A DNA stretch of 64,000 nt from Zygnema circumcarinatum SAG 698-1b (GCA_037447605.1 CM074812.1:3038001-3102000); one strand, 5' to 3'. Positions 1 through 12,518 are shown, counted from the first letter of the stretch. The notes: a model not told the origin generated them from the letters alone. Translations and numbers: made by a program.

Positions 1-99
1 ACGCGTCCAGTTGGCAAGTTTTCCACAGGTCGGACCAGTGGTTCGGCAACCATTGGACAACCATTGGATGGCAATGGTTGGACGTCGACTGTTGCCAAC

Positions 100-400
100 C
101 ATTGGCATCTACTGGTTTTGAACCATTCGAATGGTTGTTTCGGTCTGGCGCCAATGGTTGGCAACCATTCGACTGGTTGGCGGGCATTGGCATGCACTGG
201 TTCCGAACCATTTGAATGGTTGTTTCGATCTGGCGCCAATGGTTGGCAACCAATCGACTGGTTGGCAAGCATTGGCATGCAGTGGTTCCGAACCAGTCGA
301 ATGGTTGTTTCTGACAACCACTGGCATCTACTGGTTCCGAACCATTCACATGGCTGTTTCGATCCATGCCAATGGTTGGGAACCAGTCGAATAGTTGGTC
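100..400. repeat. ~85-bp tandem repeat (about 3 degenerate copies) rich in TGGTT..AACCA short inverted motifs
   Basis: AACCA(T/G)TYGAATGGTTGTTT recurs at 121, 206 and 291 (period 85). Confidence 0.8.
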
Positions 401-525
401 TAATGGTCCGACCTGTGCAAGTTTTCGTCATTTGTCACGGCGGGCGGGGTTCCATGGAGCCGATTCAAACTACGCCACGTCGGATGGGCCGTTTTGACCC
501 CATGCGTTATCCAATCAGATCTTGC

Positions 526-1970
526 CACGTGTACGTCAACAAATTGCTGCGACGATCACGACGTGTCGTTGCATGCGTGCCAGCGTGGCAATCGGATCCT
601 AAGCACCCACGTGGCAGAGCGCAATTGGATAACACCCGTTTTCTAAGACAACGAGAGGTTTTCTTTTGGACAAAAAACCATGTCGTGGCAGCCACGTCGG
701 CGCCACGCTGGCACCACGTCAGCAAACCACGACCTGATGATCCCTGAAACGCACACGAGGGCAAAACTGTCCATGGAGCCCCGCCCCGAGTCTTGCCTTT
801 CATGGTCATATGAAATCTGACAAATTCTAGGTGTGGCATGCCAGTGTTGTTTAACAAGTGTTTCTAGACACAACTTGAGTAGCAGCACGCAAGTGCATGT
901 ACTCAAATACTTCTCTAGAGCCGTGTTGTTGTCGCTGTTGGGCCTATCGCATGGTTCCGCTCATATCCTTTTCTTCCGCTGGTCACTTCTGAAGCGTTCA
1001 CATTGGTTCTCTAAGTTTCGTCTTTGTCTATTATCCATTGTCCATTGTATGGCATCGCCATCGTGAGACCCATGCCATGCCAAGTCACCTCCCTCCCTGA
1101 CCTCCTCCCCCACCCACCCCGCCACTCAGTCTCCTGCACACTTTGCCGCACCTCCTTCCTTGCATGCACGCGAGCAAGCGCGCACAACTTTTTGTTGTGC
1201 GCCGTTCCATGTTTAAATCTCATGTGAGCCATGTCCGTCACGTGACTCGAAAAAACTATCAATTGTCACGTCGCATAACGCCACGCCACGTGGCCCACGT
1301 CACGTTTCGTCTCATCGCGTCACGTCACATCACGTCACGTTTCACCTCATCACATCACGTCACGTCACGTCTCATCACGGCCAGTCACGTCCCATCACGT
1401 CACGTCCACTTGCCCGTTGAAGCAACCGTTTTCGGACCCGGTGGGGCCCAAACCGCCACCGACATGTGCCGGTGACGTCACCGACAGTTGGTCCACGTGG
1501 CCGGTGGTCATTGGAGGTACTGACAGAGCAGGCGACGTGGCCACCTATCACTGGTTAATTTTTACAGTTTGTGTAGAGCAACGTGTCCGTGTCGCATTGG
1601 CCAGCCTGGTCCTTTTCTGTCGGGTGGCGGGCGACGCTACATACGACAAAATATCCACTAGTCTCCAAAAGTCTTTCGTGAAAATGGCCACGTTTCGATC
1701 ACTGACTGGAGGACACCGCAAAAGTCTGACCAAGTCCAGCCTGGTCGCACGTGTAGGCACGTGTCGAGTGTCGAAGGCAGGAACTCCGGGTATTTCGTAC
1801 CCGGAATCCGTACAACGGTGCTTTTGGACAGTACGGCGAACACGTGTCGAGTGCTGAGCTCCTGAGAGCTGGACAGAATCTTTTCCAAGATATGTCCGCT
1901 GGACAAGTGGCTTTTACACGTGTGAATTGTCGCTTCTGTCGGTGGAGACGTCATGGGCTGGACACGTGGC
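526..1970. promoter_or_regulatory. Cluster of G-box/ABRE-like motifs upstream of the ERD4-like gene
   Basis: Perfect CACGTGGC at 608, 1287, 1494 and 1963; GACGTGGC at 1534; many other CACGT cores including a TCACG/CACGT-rich stretch at ~1296-1405. Function is inferred only. Confidence 0.4.
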
Positions 1971-2538
1971 ATTAACACGCGTTACATCTTGTCGGTTGTG
2001 TCTGTGATGACGACATGGGGCGGTATTCAACGGGCAAAAAGTTTGGACCAATGGCGAGGAGGGAGGGATCGGTGGCCGCTCTATGCGCTTTTTAACGGTT
2101 TTTAGATTTTGACGCTAAACAGGGCATGGAGATCGTAGATTGAAGGGGGGTTCCATGTGCCTATTGCTGTTGAACAGTTTGAAAATTTTGAAAAATTCGG
2201 GAGTGAGAGGGAGTATATAATTTTGGGCGATTCGGGCGTAGTGAGTTTCGAGAAGCCCGTTAGGAAAGAGGGAAAGGGAGAGGTGGAGGGGGAGAGGGAG
2301 AGAAGGCAGTGGGAGAGGAGTGGGAGTGAGAGAGGGACAGAGAGAGAGGGAGGGGGAGGCCAGAGAGAGAGAGAGAGTGTGCGGGAGAGCGAGGGGAGAG
2401 AGAGTGAAATTCCCACAGAGAGCAAGAGAGAGAGAGATTCACTCTCACAGAGAGAGAGTGGGAGAGACTCCCACAGAGGCGAAGAGACAGAGCCCCCTCC
2501 CTCCCCCTCCTCCCCCTCCCCTCCCCNNNNNNNNNNCC

Positions 2539-5500
2539 ATGACGGACTCCTCCGCCCTCGCCACCTCTGTAATCACCTCCCTCCTCATCTTCGCGGTCAT
2601 CTTCGCCCTCTTCCTCGTCCTCTCCCGCCGTCCGGGCCTCGCCGTCATCTTCTTCCCCGCGCGGATTCTCTCCGGGGCGGGTCCGCCCCCCGACGGCTCC
2701 TTCGGGCCCTTCAAATGGATGAGGGACGTGCTGTCCACGCCGCAGGAGAGGCTGGCGGCAATAGCGGGGCTGGATGCGGCGGTCTACATATGTTTTTTAA
2801 GAACATGTATGTATGTGTGTATGTTTGTATGGTATGTATGTAGGTTTGTATGCATGTATGTGAATGTGGGGCTCTTTCTTCTTCTCTCTCTTTCTCTTTC
2901 TCTTTCTGTCTGTCTGTCTGTCGGTCTGTCGGTCGGACTTTTTCTCGCTTAATTTGGCCATTCTCTCTCTCCTCTCTCCACCTCTCTCTCTCGCTCTCTC
3001 TATTTCGTTCTCTCTCTGTCTGTCTTCTTCTCGCTAAATTTGATCTTTCTGTGAATCTCTCTTCCTCTATCTGTCTGTCTGTCTGTCTGTCTGTCTATTT
3101 CTCACTCAATTTTGTCTATATGTCTCTCTCTGTCGTATGCATGGGGCTATGTATTGGCATGCTTGCATGAGTGTGGGGAATTGGGACCATGCATGCATGG
3201 CTATGGGCATGGGGAATGCATGTGTGGGGGCATGAATGCATGAATCTCTCTCTCTCTCTCTCATCGTCTCATTTCCCCCTCCCTCGTCTTTCTCTCCCAC
3301 TTTTCGTCCTTTTCGCTCTTCTCCTTCACTCTCTCCTCTCACCCTTCCTCTCTCTCTTTCTTCTATCTTCTCTCCGCGCTCTCCCTTCCCTTATCCCTCC
3401 ACTTTCCCCTCTCTTATCCTTCTCCCTCTTCTCGTTCACTCTCTCTTGTCCTATTCTCGTCTTCTTCTCTCTTCTCCTCCTCCTTCACTCCTCTCTCCTC
3501 TTCCTCTCTCCTCCATCTCCCTCTTTTTCTCCTTCCCTCTTCTTCGTCTTTCTACTCTCCCTCTCTCCCCCCTTCTCTCCCTCCCGCAGGTCTCAATATC
3601 CTCGTTTGGTCTCTCATTTACTGCGTCCCTGTCATCATCAGCACTGCTCGGACGGACAATTTCTACGAAAGTTTCAACGCAGATCCTGCGAATGAGCCGC
3701 TTGCATACACCGACATTGACCTGCTCGCGCTCGGGAATATCGCTGTGAGGACACTGTCTGCAGAAGGGGGGAGAGAGAGAGAGTGGGCGAGGGAGAGGGA
3801 GGGGGAGAGAGGGAGGGAGAGAGGGAGATGGAAGGAGAGGGAGAGGGAGTGGGAGGGAGTGGGAGAGGGAGAGGGAGTGGGAGTGGGAGTGGGAGAGGGA
3901 GAGGGAGAGGGAGGAGGGGAGAAAGGGAAGGGAAGGGGAGGGAGAGAGGGAGAGGGGGAGGGGGAGAGAGAGAGAGAGAGAGAGTGGGGAGGGGCGGGGG
4001 AGGGACAGAGGGAGGGAGGAGGGAAGGGAGAGTGGGAGGGAGGGAGGGGCTCTATGGTTCTGTCTTTGCGTGTTGCTCACGTTTTGTCTGTCTGTCTGTA
4101 AGGTTCTCTCTCTCTCTCTTTCCTTATCTCTCTCCCTCTTTTTTGTGTTGTCACTTTGTGCCTCTCCGTCTCTGTTGCTTCTCTACCTCTGTCCCTTCCC
4201 CTGTATTTTAGCACTAATAACCTTTCTCCCTCTCTCTCTTCTCGATTCTCTCCCTCTCTTTTTCCTCTTTTTTTTTTTTTTTTTTTGCAGCCGAAGAGTC
4301 AAAGGCTTTGGGTTGGCATTATCGGTGGCTATTGGATAACGATCGGATGCATTTTTTTTCTCGGAAAAGCCTACAGCGATATTGTTGCGCTTCGAGCGAA
4401 ATTTTTCGCCGATGCTTCTCCGAATCCGGAGCAGTATGCAGCTCTTGTTAGAGACATTCCAAAAATGGAAAGTAAGAAACTTCCGGAAGCAGTGGATGAG
4501 TTTTTTGGTCGAATTTACGGGTCGTTTTATCGAGGGGCGAATGTAGTTCCGAACATGAGTAAGGTGCGTGTGTGGTTTTTTGTTTTTTATTTTGTTTTTT
4601 ATTTTGTTTTTCTACTATGGGATTGTCGTTCTTCCGTGAAAGGAGAGATAAGGATGAGAAATCAAGACTCCTAAAAGTCTTGGGGGAAATCCTCTTCTTT
4701 CACTGCGCTCTCTCTCTCTCTCTCCCTTTTTCTATCCTCCTCTCCTTCTCACCTCTCGCTCTCCCCCCCCTCTCGATGATCTTCACTCCCTTCTACCCCT
4801 TCACCCTTGCTCTCGCTCTCCATCCCTTCCACTCTCCCCTTTCCCCCACACTTATACCCCTCGGCCTCCCTCCACCACCCCTTCCCTCCCATCTCTCTCT
4901 CTCCCTCACCACTTTGCTTTGCTTCTCTCTCTCCTCCTCACTCACCCCTTCCTTCTCTCTCCCTCTCGATCCCCACCCCGTCTCACCCCTTCCTCCCCTC
5001 TCCCTCTCCCCCCTCTCCCCAACTCCTTCGTTCTCATCCTTCCTCTCTTCCTCCTCCCCTCCCCCACCACTCACGCCTTCCTCCCCGCTCCCTTCCCCTC
5101 CCCTTTCCCTCTCCTTCCTTCCCCCTCATCCTCCCCCTTTCTCCCCCTCCACTCACCCCTTCCCCCTCCCTCTCCCCTCCCCTCTCCCTCCCTCTCCCCC
5201 CCCCCTACCCCACTCCTTACTTTCCCCTCACCCTCCTCCCACTTACCCCTCCCTCGTCCTCTCCCTCCCCAGGTAACCAAAGAATGCAACGACGTCATTA
5301 AACTCAAAAAGAAACTCGCTCATGCTGAGGGAGTTTTTGAACTCTCCAAAACTGAAGAACTTCCTGAAGGGGAACGACCCATGACTCGGAGCGGCTTTAT
5401 GGGTTGCTGCGGAGCAAAAGTTGATGCCATAGAATTCTACACCGAAGAACTAAGGAAGGCAGCAGTTAAACTGAAGGAAGAGCAAGAAGTTGCGTCTACC

Positions 5501-7492
5501 GAATTAGGAAATGCTGCTTTTATTTTCTTTGAAAATAAGCAAATGGCAGCGGCTGCTGCTCAGGTCATGCATGCGGAAAATACGGACAGTTGGGATGTGA
5601 TTCCAGCCCCCGAACCAAGGGATGTGGTGTGGGGAAATCTGAGATTGGGAGAATACGAAAGGAGGGTCCGATCGATGGTGGTGTACGGAGTGGTGTTTCT
5701 GACCATCGTGTTTTACATGGTGGGTGGAGGAGGGATGGAGAGAGGGAGAGGGGGAGGGGGGAGTGGGAGGAGGGGGAAGATGGAGGGGAGGAAGAGTGAG
5801 AGGGAAGGGGAAGGGGGAAGGGGGAGGAAGTGGAAGGGACGGTTGGAGTGAGTGGGAGGGTGGGAGAGTGGGAGTGGGGGAGGGGATGGGGAGGAGGGGG
5901 AGGAGGGAGAGAGGAAGGGGGAGGAAGAGTGAGAGGGGAGGGGAAGCGGGAAGGGGAAGGGAGTGGAAGGGACGGTTGGAGGGAGTGGGAGGGAGGGAGA
6001 GTGGGAGTGGGAGGGAGGGAGAGTGGGAGAGGGGGAGGGAGAGTGGGAGGGAAGGGGAGGGGACTGAGAGGGGTGGGGAGGGAGGGAGAAATGGGGGGAG
6101 TGGTGGGAGGCGGTTAGGGATGGCAGGCAAGGAGGGATGGAGAGGTAGGGAAGGAAGGAGTAGGGGAGAGGGCGAGTGGGAAAGGTGGGGGGGGAATATT
6201 GGAGCGAGTCAGTGGAGAGGGAAGGGATGGAGAGGGGCGAGAGGGAATGGGGTAGAGCTGGGTAGAGAGGCAGAGGTGGGTGGGAGGGGAAGGGGTGTTC
6301 TGTGAGAGGGTGGAAGAGGGGGTTGGAAAGACGGTGTGGAAGAGGGAAGGGAATGGAGGGAGGAGGTGGGGGAAGGGGAGATAGCGGGAGAGCGAGAAGG
6401 CAAGAAATGAGGCAGATGGATGGTATGAGGAGAGGGGGAGAATGGTTGAGAGCGAGGATGGGGGTTGAGAATGGAGTGGGAGAGATGGCGGTGGAAAAGG
6501 TTTTTTTGCTGTATCATTTTTAGAGTGATTAGTGTACTGCGATTTTTATGGTCTTAATTTTATCGCTATGTATATTTTATTCATTTATGTACTTTTCGTC
6601 TGGGGGGGGATGACAGATTCCGATCACTTTCATTTCTAGTATCACAACTTTGGCCAACCTGCAAAAAACGTTGACTTTCTTGAAGCCGATAGTAAAAATG
6701 TAAATCCTTTCTTCCAACTTTTCTGTTTCATCCTCTGCACTCTCTCGTCTTCTCTACTTCTCTTCAAGTCACTCCCCTCTTCGCTCTCTCGCCTTTTCCT
6801 TTCTCTCCCTCTCGCACACGCTCTCTCTCCCCCTGCCTTCCCTACCCTTTCTCCCTCCCCACTTCTCTTTCTTAACCCTTCTGTCTCTCTCGATCTCTTT
6901 CTCTCTCCCGATACCTTTCCCAACCCTTTTCTCTCTCCCCACTTTTCTCTCGCCCTTTCTCTCTCACTCCCCCCTTTCCATCCCCTTCCCTCTCCCTGTT
7001 TCTCCTTACCCTTCTTCTCCTTCTTTCTTCTTCTTTTTTTCTCTTTCTCCTCTCTCTCTCTCTCTCACCACGCTCCATCCTTTCTCATGGCTCTTTTACC
7101 GTTTTTCCTAATCCATTCTGCAATTACTTTCCTAATCCTTTGTCTCTTCCTTTTCCTTTGAACAGCTCTGCTCTCCGCACAGTTCTCCAGGCATACCTCC
7201 CCCAGTTGGCCCTTATCATCTTCCTCGCCATCCTTCCCTCCTTCCTCACCTTCCTCTCTACTTTGGAGGGAATCCCCTCAAAGAGCCATATTTGTCGGGC
7301 AGCCTCGGGAAAATATTTTTACTTCATTGTCTTTAATGTATTTCTCGGATTTACGCTCGGAGGTTCCCTCCAAAACTCGCTAAAGCAGTTTTCGAATTCA
7401 AGTTTTTCGCAGATTATCGAGACGTTGGGATCTTCCATTCCTCCGCAAGCCACCTTCTTTATCTCCTTCATCGCTCTCAAGTGAGTGTGCTC

Positions 7493-7524
<32 letters not shown>

Positions 7525-9890
7525 AAACACAGACCATATACATACGTGGTTTATTACCACTGTTTCCCGCCGTTTTCCTATTTCTCACAACACCCTTATT
7601 CTCTGCATCGCCTATCCCATCGCCTTTCCTTGCCCTCGCCCTCTCTTTCCTCTTCCTTTCTTTCCCTGTCACTCTTCCTTTCCCTATTCCGCTTCCTTGC
7701 CCTCTTCCTCTCACCTTCCTCTGACTCCCCTTCCCTCTCGCTCTCCTTCCCTCTCTCACTTCCTTGGCCTTTACCTCTTCCTTGCCCTCTTCCCCTCCTT
7801 CCCCTCCCTCGTCCTTTCCCTATTCCGCTTCCTTGCCCTCTTCCCCTTCTTCCAACTCCCTCTTCCTTGGCCTCTTTCTCGTCCTTGCCCTATCCCTTCC
7901 ATTCCTCTTCCTCTCTTTCCCTTTCCCTCTTCTTGCCTCTCCCTCACTGTTACCCAACTCCCCCCCCCCTCTCCTCCCCTTCCCTCTCCCTCCCTAGCTG
8001 CGCAAACCTAAAGTCAACAAGGAATCTCCTACAACTCCCATGTCATCAAATAACATATTTTTTTTTCGGTTTTTCAACTGCAGGTTTTTGATTTCGAAGG
8101 CTTTGGAATTATCTCGACTAGTCAATATCGTAGTGTACAGTCTAAAAAAGAAATTTTTGTGCAAAACTGACGAAGAACTTTTGGAGGCCTGGGCTCCCGG
8201 GCAGCTTGACTATCTCAGCTTGGTCCCTGATGACCTTCTTATTATGACTATCACTATCTGCTACGCTGTGATAGCTCCTCTCATTCTCCCATTTGGAGTA
8301 GCATACTTCATCTTCTCATGGTTCATCATGAAGAATCAGGTAAGTCAGCCCCTCGTTCTTCCGAACCCCCGCCCCCCCTCCCCCTCCCTCCCTCACTCCC
8401 CTACGTTCCTCCTCCCTCCCCCCTCCCCCTCTCTGCTTTTGGCCCCCCCTTCCCCCCCCCTTCAACCCTCCCCATTCTCGCTCTTATTCTCCCTCCCTCA
8501 CTCTCTTTCTTCCCTCCCGCCTTTCTTTCCCATTCTCCTTTCCTTCCCACCCTGCCTTCTCCCTCTATTCTCCCTCCCTCTCTTTCCTTCCTCCCTATCC
8601 CTTTCCCAGCTTCCTTTCCCCCGCCGCCTTCCCTTCTCCCTTCTTCATTCTCCCTCCCTCTCTCCCTTTCCTACCTCTCCCTTTCTTCCCCATTCTCCTC
8701 CCCCCACCCTCCCTTCTCCGTCCTTCTCTTTCCTCCCTTCTCTTCCTTTCCCATCCTCCTCCCCCTTCCCACCCTCCCATTCTCCCTTCCTCATTCTCCC
8801 TGCCTCCCTCCCTTTCCTCGCTCTCTCTTTCTTCCCCATTCTTCCCCCCCTCCCTCGTTCTTTCCCATCTCCTTCCCCCGCCACCCTCCCATTCTCCCTA
8901 CTTCATTTCTCCCGCCCTCCCTCCCTTTCCGCCCTCTCTCGTTCTTCCCATTCACCTCCCCCCCACCCTCCCATTCTCCCTACTTCATTCTCCCTCCCTC
9001 CCTCCGTTTCCTCCCTCTCTCTTCCTTTGCATTCTCCTCCCCCCCACCCTCCCTTCTCCCTCCCTCTGTTTCCTCCCTCTTTTTCCTCCCTCTTTCTTTC
9101 CCATCCTCCTCCCTCCCCCCACCCTCCCACTCTCCCTCCCTCATTCTCCCTCCCTCCCTCCCTTTCCTCCCTCTCTCTTTCTTCCCCATTCTCCTCCCCG
9201 CCCACCCTCCCTTCGTCCTCCCTCTCTTTCCTCCCTCCTTTTTCTTTCTCAACCCCCCCATCCTCCCATTCTCCCTTTCTTATTCTCCCTTCCTTATTCT
9301 CCCTTCCTTATTCTCCCTCCCTCCCTCTCTCCCTTTCCTCCCTCTCTCTTTCTTCCCCATTCTCCTCCCCCACACCCTCCCTTCTCCCTCCCTCTCTTTC
9401 CTCCCTCATCCTTTCCCATCCTCCTCCCCCCCCCCACCCTCTCATTCTCCCTCCCTCCCTCCCCCTCTCCCTTCAGGCCTTGAACGTGTACCACCCCGAG
9501 TGGGAGAGCCGCGGTCGCATGTGGCCCAACATGCACAGCCGCATCCTCTGCGCCCTCCTCCTCAGCCAACTCACTCTCTTCGGCTACTTCGGAATCAAGA
9601 AGTTCGCTTACACCTTCCTCCTCATCCCTCTCCCTATCATCACTGCCATCTACTACTTCATGATCGAACAGCGCTACTACCCCACCTTCTGTGTGAACTC
9701 ACTCGAGGTGGCGAGTCGCGCAAACGTTGAACCCCTCTCAATTGCCGCCATGCTTGATGCGTACACGGCGGAGGCTATGAAGCCGCCGGAAGAGGTGGGC
9801 TTAGATGAGGAGAGGCAGGTCCTCCTAATCCAAACTGAGGAGGAGAATAGAGAAGCGAAGGAGAAGGTGGAGAAGGGAGAGGCGGTGTGA
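2539..9890 (+). CDS. ERD4: ERD4/OSCA3-type (CSC1-like) hyperosmolality-gated cation channel, 8 exons, ~736 aa
   Basis: Exons traced with GT-AG boundaries and consistent phases: 2539-2806, 3590-3744, 4291-4563, 5273-5719, 6617-6699, 7166-7480, 8084-8339, 9477-9890 (2211 nt). Family motifs recognised: GLDAAVY, ALVRDIP, APEPRDVVWGNL, YLPQLALIIFL, ATFFISFIALK, LELSRL, IAPLILPFG, NQALNVY, ESRGRMWP. The N gap just upstream of the ATG does not affect the CDS. Confidence 0.93.
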
Positions 9891-10529
9891 AAAGCAAGCA
9901 GTGCAGTTGAGTAAATTCCACTTTTTCGGGTCAATAATATGGTAAAGAGAAAGAACTCTTTCTCTAATTTCCTGACAACTCTCCTCTGTCACCGGTATAT
10001 GAATAGTTAAGTTATCGCCATCGGTAATTTAAGGATGTAATTGAATTAACCTTCTTAAATTTAAGGTCTCATTGATAGCTTGGAAGGCGAAGGTTCTGCC
10101 GTTGAACTATATTTTTTTACAGACGGTGGGTTTTTTCGTTGTTTTTAGGGTTAAACAGTCTCAGTCTAAAAAAACAACAAGAACAAGAACACGGCTCTAG
10201 GAGCCTGTTTTTGCAGATTCAGCCAACCATTCGCAAGCAATGGTTGCGAAGGCAATGGTCCCACCTGCCCAAAGTTCCTTTCTTTTGTTCCTTCACTTCA
10301 ATAGGAGATTTCAGACTCAAACAAAGTTCCACACACACTGCCTCGCAAAATAGGTACTACTGCGAAATCTAACGTACTGAAAAATCTACACACCCGCAAA
10401 AGTCCCACCACCACCACCACACCCTTTGTTGATCCCACAGCAGCTGTGACTGCTTAAAATACCTCCTACTCGCAGTGTTCTAAACACCCAAAACACCCCA
10501 AAACAACTCCAAAACAACCAAGCTCTCAG

Positions 10530-10617
10530 CTTCTGTCTTTTGTGCTCAGGTCCTTTGCGACCAGTTCCTCGTGGTTCCCCATGTTGCTGCTTTTGTCCAT
10601 GTACATTTGATGGCATG
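10530..10617. repeat. Dispersed ~90-bp repeat, copy 1 (copy 2 at ~50735-50822)
   Basis: CTTTTGTGCTYAGGTCCTTTGCGACCAGTT...CCCATGTTG...GTCCATGTACATTTGATGGC is shared, about 80% identical by eye. Confidence 0.7.
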
Positions 10618-10624
10618 CATCGCC

Positions 10625-10686
10625 TGTTGAGATCCGTACAATCGGACCTAGAGTCGTACGAAACCTTTGATTCGGAACTACAGTAC
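10625..10686 (+). mobile_element. 5' fragment of an LTR related to the copia LTR at 38792
   Basis: Starts TGTTGAGATCCGTACAATCG, identical to the LTR start at 38792; similarity is lost where a TIR-like sequence begins at 10687. Confidence 0.55.
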
Positions 10687-10724
10687 TAGGGGGTGTCAGA
10701 CTTAAAAAATTCTCGTAATACTAA
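10687..10724. mobile_element. Solo terminal inverted repeat of the TAGGGCGTGTCAGACTTAA DNA-transposon family
   Basis: TAGGGGGTGTCAGACTTAAAAAATTCTCGTAATACTAA is the reverse complement (1 mismatch) of the element end at 12438-12475. Confidence 0.6.
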
Positions 10725-10844
10725 CAACAGGCTGCGGATCAAGATCTTCGTGCGTTGCCTTTTTATAGAAATGTCTTTGAACCTTAATTATGTGAAGTGA
10801 ACTGAAACTGAAACTGATTGAACACATAAGCTGAATGGGTACGC

Positions 10845-11165
10845 GATATACCCCATTTTCTGCGCATTCGATCCAACGAAACGTACAACCAATCAGGTCG
10901 CGCGACGTGGCAATGTCAGACTTGCGGCAACTATACCCCATTTTCTTTAAATTCATCTTTGACAACCTAATCGAATCCGTAGGTCACATAAAACATTCAA
11001 ATCGAACGCTGTCGTACGTAGAAAACGACACTTGGCANNNNNNNNNNCGATATACCCCATTTTCTGCGCATTCGATCCAACGAAAAGCACAACAAATCCG
11101 GACGCGCGACGTTGCAACGTCAGACTCGTGGCAACTATACCCCATTTTCATTAAATTCTTTTTTT
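10845..11165. repeat. ~200-bp repeat family (GATATACCCCATTTT...CAACTATACCCCATTTT), two copies; further copies at 16520-16588 and 38001-38290
   Basis: Direct sequence similarity. One copy is split by the copia insertion; the uninterrupted target reads CGACGTGGCAATGTCAGAC at ~10903. Confidence 0.8.
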
Positions 11166-11408
11166 AGCCTGGTATGTTGGAGCTATGATTAATTTGACCA
11201 TCACCATAACCGTTTCGGGCGTTGTCAACCTAACCATTCCAAATCTTGCGTGTCCCGTGTTTGACAAAACAAGCTGTTACGGTTTACCAACCCCCCCCGG
11301 TACAAACATGCCGTTTCGGGCATTGTCAACCGACAATCACAATCCCCCGATTACGAAAACCGTACAAAAAAGGGCCACATCCTCGTCCAAAAGACGATTG
11401 TCCGAATA

Positions 11409-12518
11409 CAGTGGGGGGTCCTCGTATTTACCACCCCAAGGAGTGCGTCCTCAATATTTTCGCCCCAATTTTGCCGAAACCACTTTTTTGTACGGTAACT
11501 TGTGTTAGCCGTACTGTCCGTACTGATCATACTGTCCGTACTGTCCGTACTGTCTGTACTAGCCGTTACGGGCTTACGCAAAACGCACCTAATCTCCCCG
11601 CTCGTGCCGCCGTAAGAGGCGCTCGCTTTTCTCCCCGTCTTCTTGACTTCGATACGATACGATACGATATGATACGGTCAATACGATACGAAACTCCCCG
11701 ATGGTTGGATGACGACAGTATGTACGACAGTATATGCGTCACGATATGTCACGATACGATACGATTCTAAATGATACAGTACGATACGGTACGATATGGT
11801 ACGGTACGATATGTACGGTTGAACATGAACTCTAACATAATACCGCCCGTCTATTCGTAACACGAACCTTATATATGCAAATTTAATATTTTCGCCTCAT
11901 TAGGGCGTGTCAGACTTAACAAAATGTTACGAATATCGAGTTTTTAGTATTACGAGAATCGAGGTTACTAAGTACTAAAAATCATCGCGCCCCCGAACCT
12001 AAACCGAACCGAACGGAAGTCAACTGTACTAAGTCAACGGGTCAACGTTGCGAAGATTGACCCGTGGGGTTTACTGAAATTGCATTTCTTCGCACGATTT
12101 TGTTCGCACCCAAAAGAGGCGCCGAAATGGACGTGCGAAGAAAATACTGGCGAGAATCGCGTCAACGTGACGTCATGGTTGTTTTCCCGGCTTCCCGCCC
12201 GCGCCCGCCCGTGACGCGCAACACGACACAACGACAAGCGGTCTCCACGCGCCGCGCCGGCGCTGTTTCTAAGTCTGAGAGGGCCGCGCGAGGGTGAAGT
12301 TGCGAAGACGGCGTTTGGAGAAGTGCGAAGACGGCGATCGCGGAGTGCGAACAGGACCGCGCCGCGAGTGCGAAAAACTAGGCTCGGGAATTTTAGTTTT
12401 ACTGACGTTGACTCGAAATGTTACGAATATCGAGTTTTTAGTATTACGAGAATTTTTTAAGTCTGACACGCCCTATTTTGCCCGGAACCAGGGTGGAAAA
12501 TATGAGGACCCCCTACTG
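11409..12518. mobile_element. Non-autonomous Tc1/mariner-type TIR element (MITE-like) with TA target duplication
   Basis: TA|CAGTGGGGGGTCCTCGTATTTACCACCC ... GGGTGGAAAATATGAGGACCCCCTACTG|TA. A paralogous empty site GATTGTCCAAA-TA-GAGCCGTTT at ~13697-13718 matches the joined flanks. Confidence 0.8.
11901..12475. mobile_element. 575-bp non-autonomous DNA transposon with perfect 19-bp TIRs, nested in the MITE
   Basis: TAGGGCGTGTCAGACTTAA at 11901 and its reverse complement ending at 12475; internal direct repeat ATGTTACGAATATCGAGTTTTTAGTATTACGAGAAT near both ends. No clean 8-bp TSD, so the superfamily is unassigned. Confidence 0.7.

Noticed and set aside
64-747. 227-aa ORF at the window start
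   Set aside because: Largely the translation of the 85-bp tandem repeat; no recognisable domain or splice context.
4572-9730. Many long Pro/Leu/Ser- or Gly/Glu/Arg-rich ORFs (e.g. 8318-9730, 5504-6130, 5724-6305)
   Set aside because: They are read-throughs of CT/GA intron tracts, which rarely contain stop codons; the real exons are bounded by splice sites within them.
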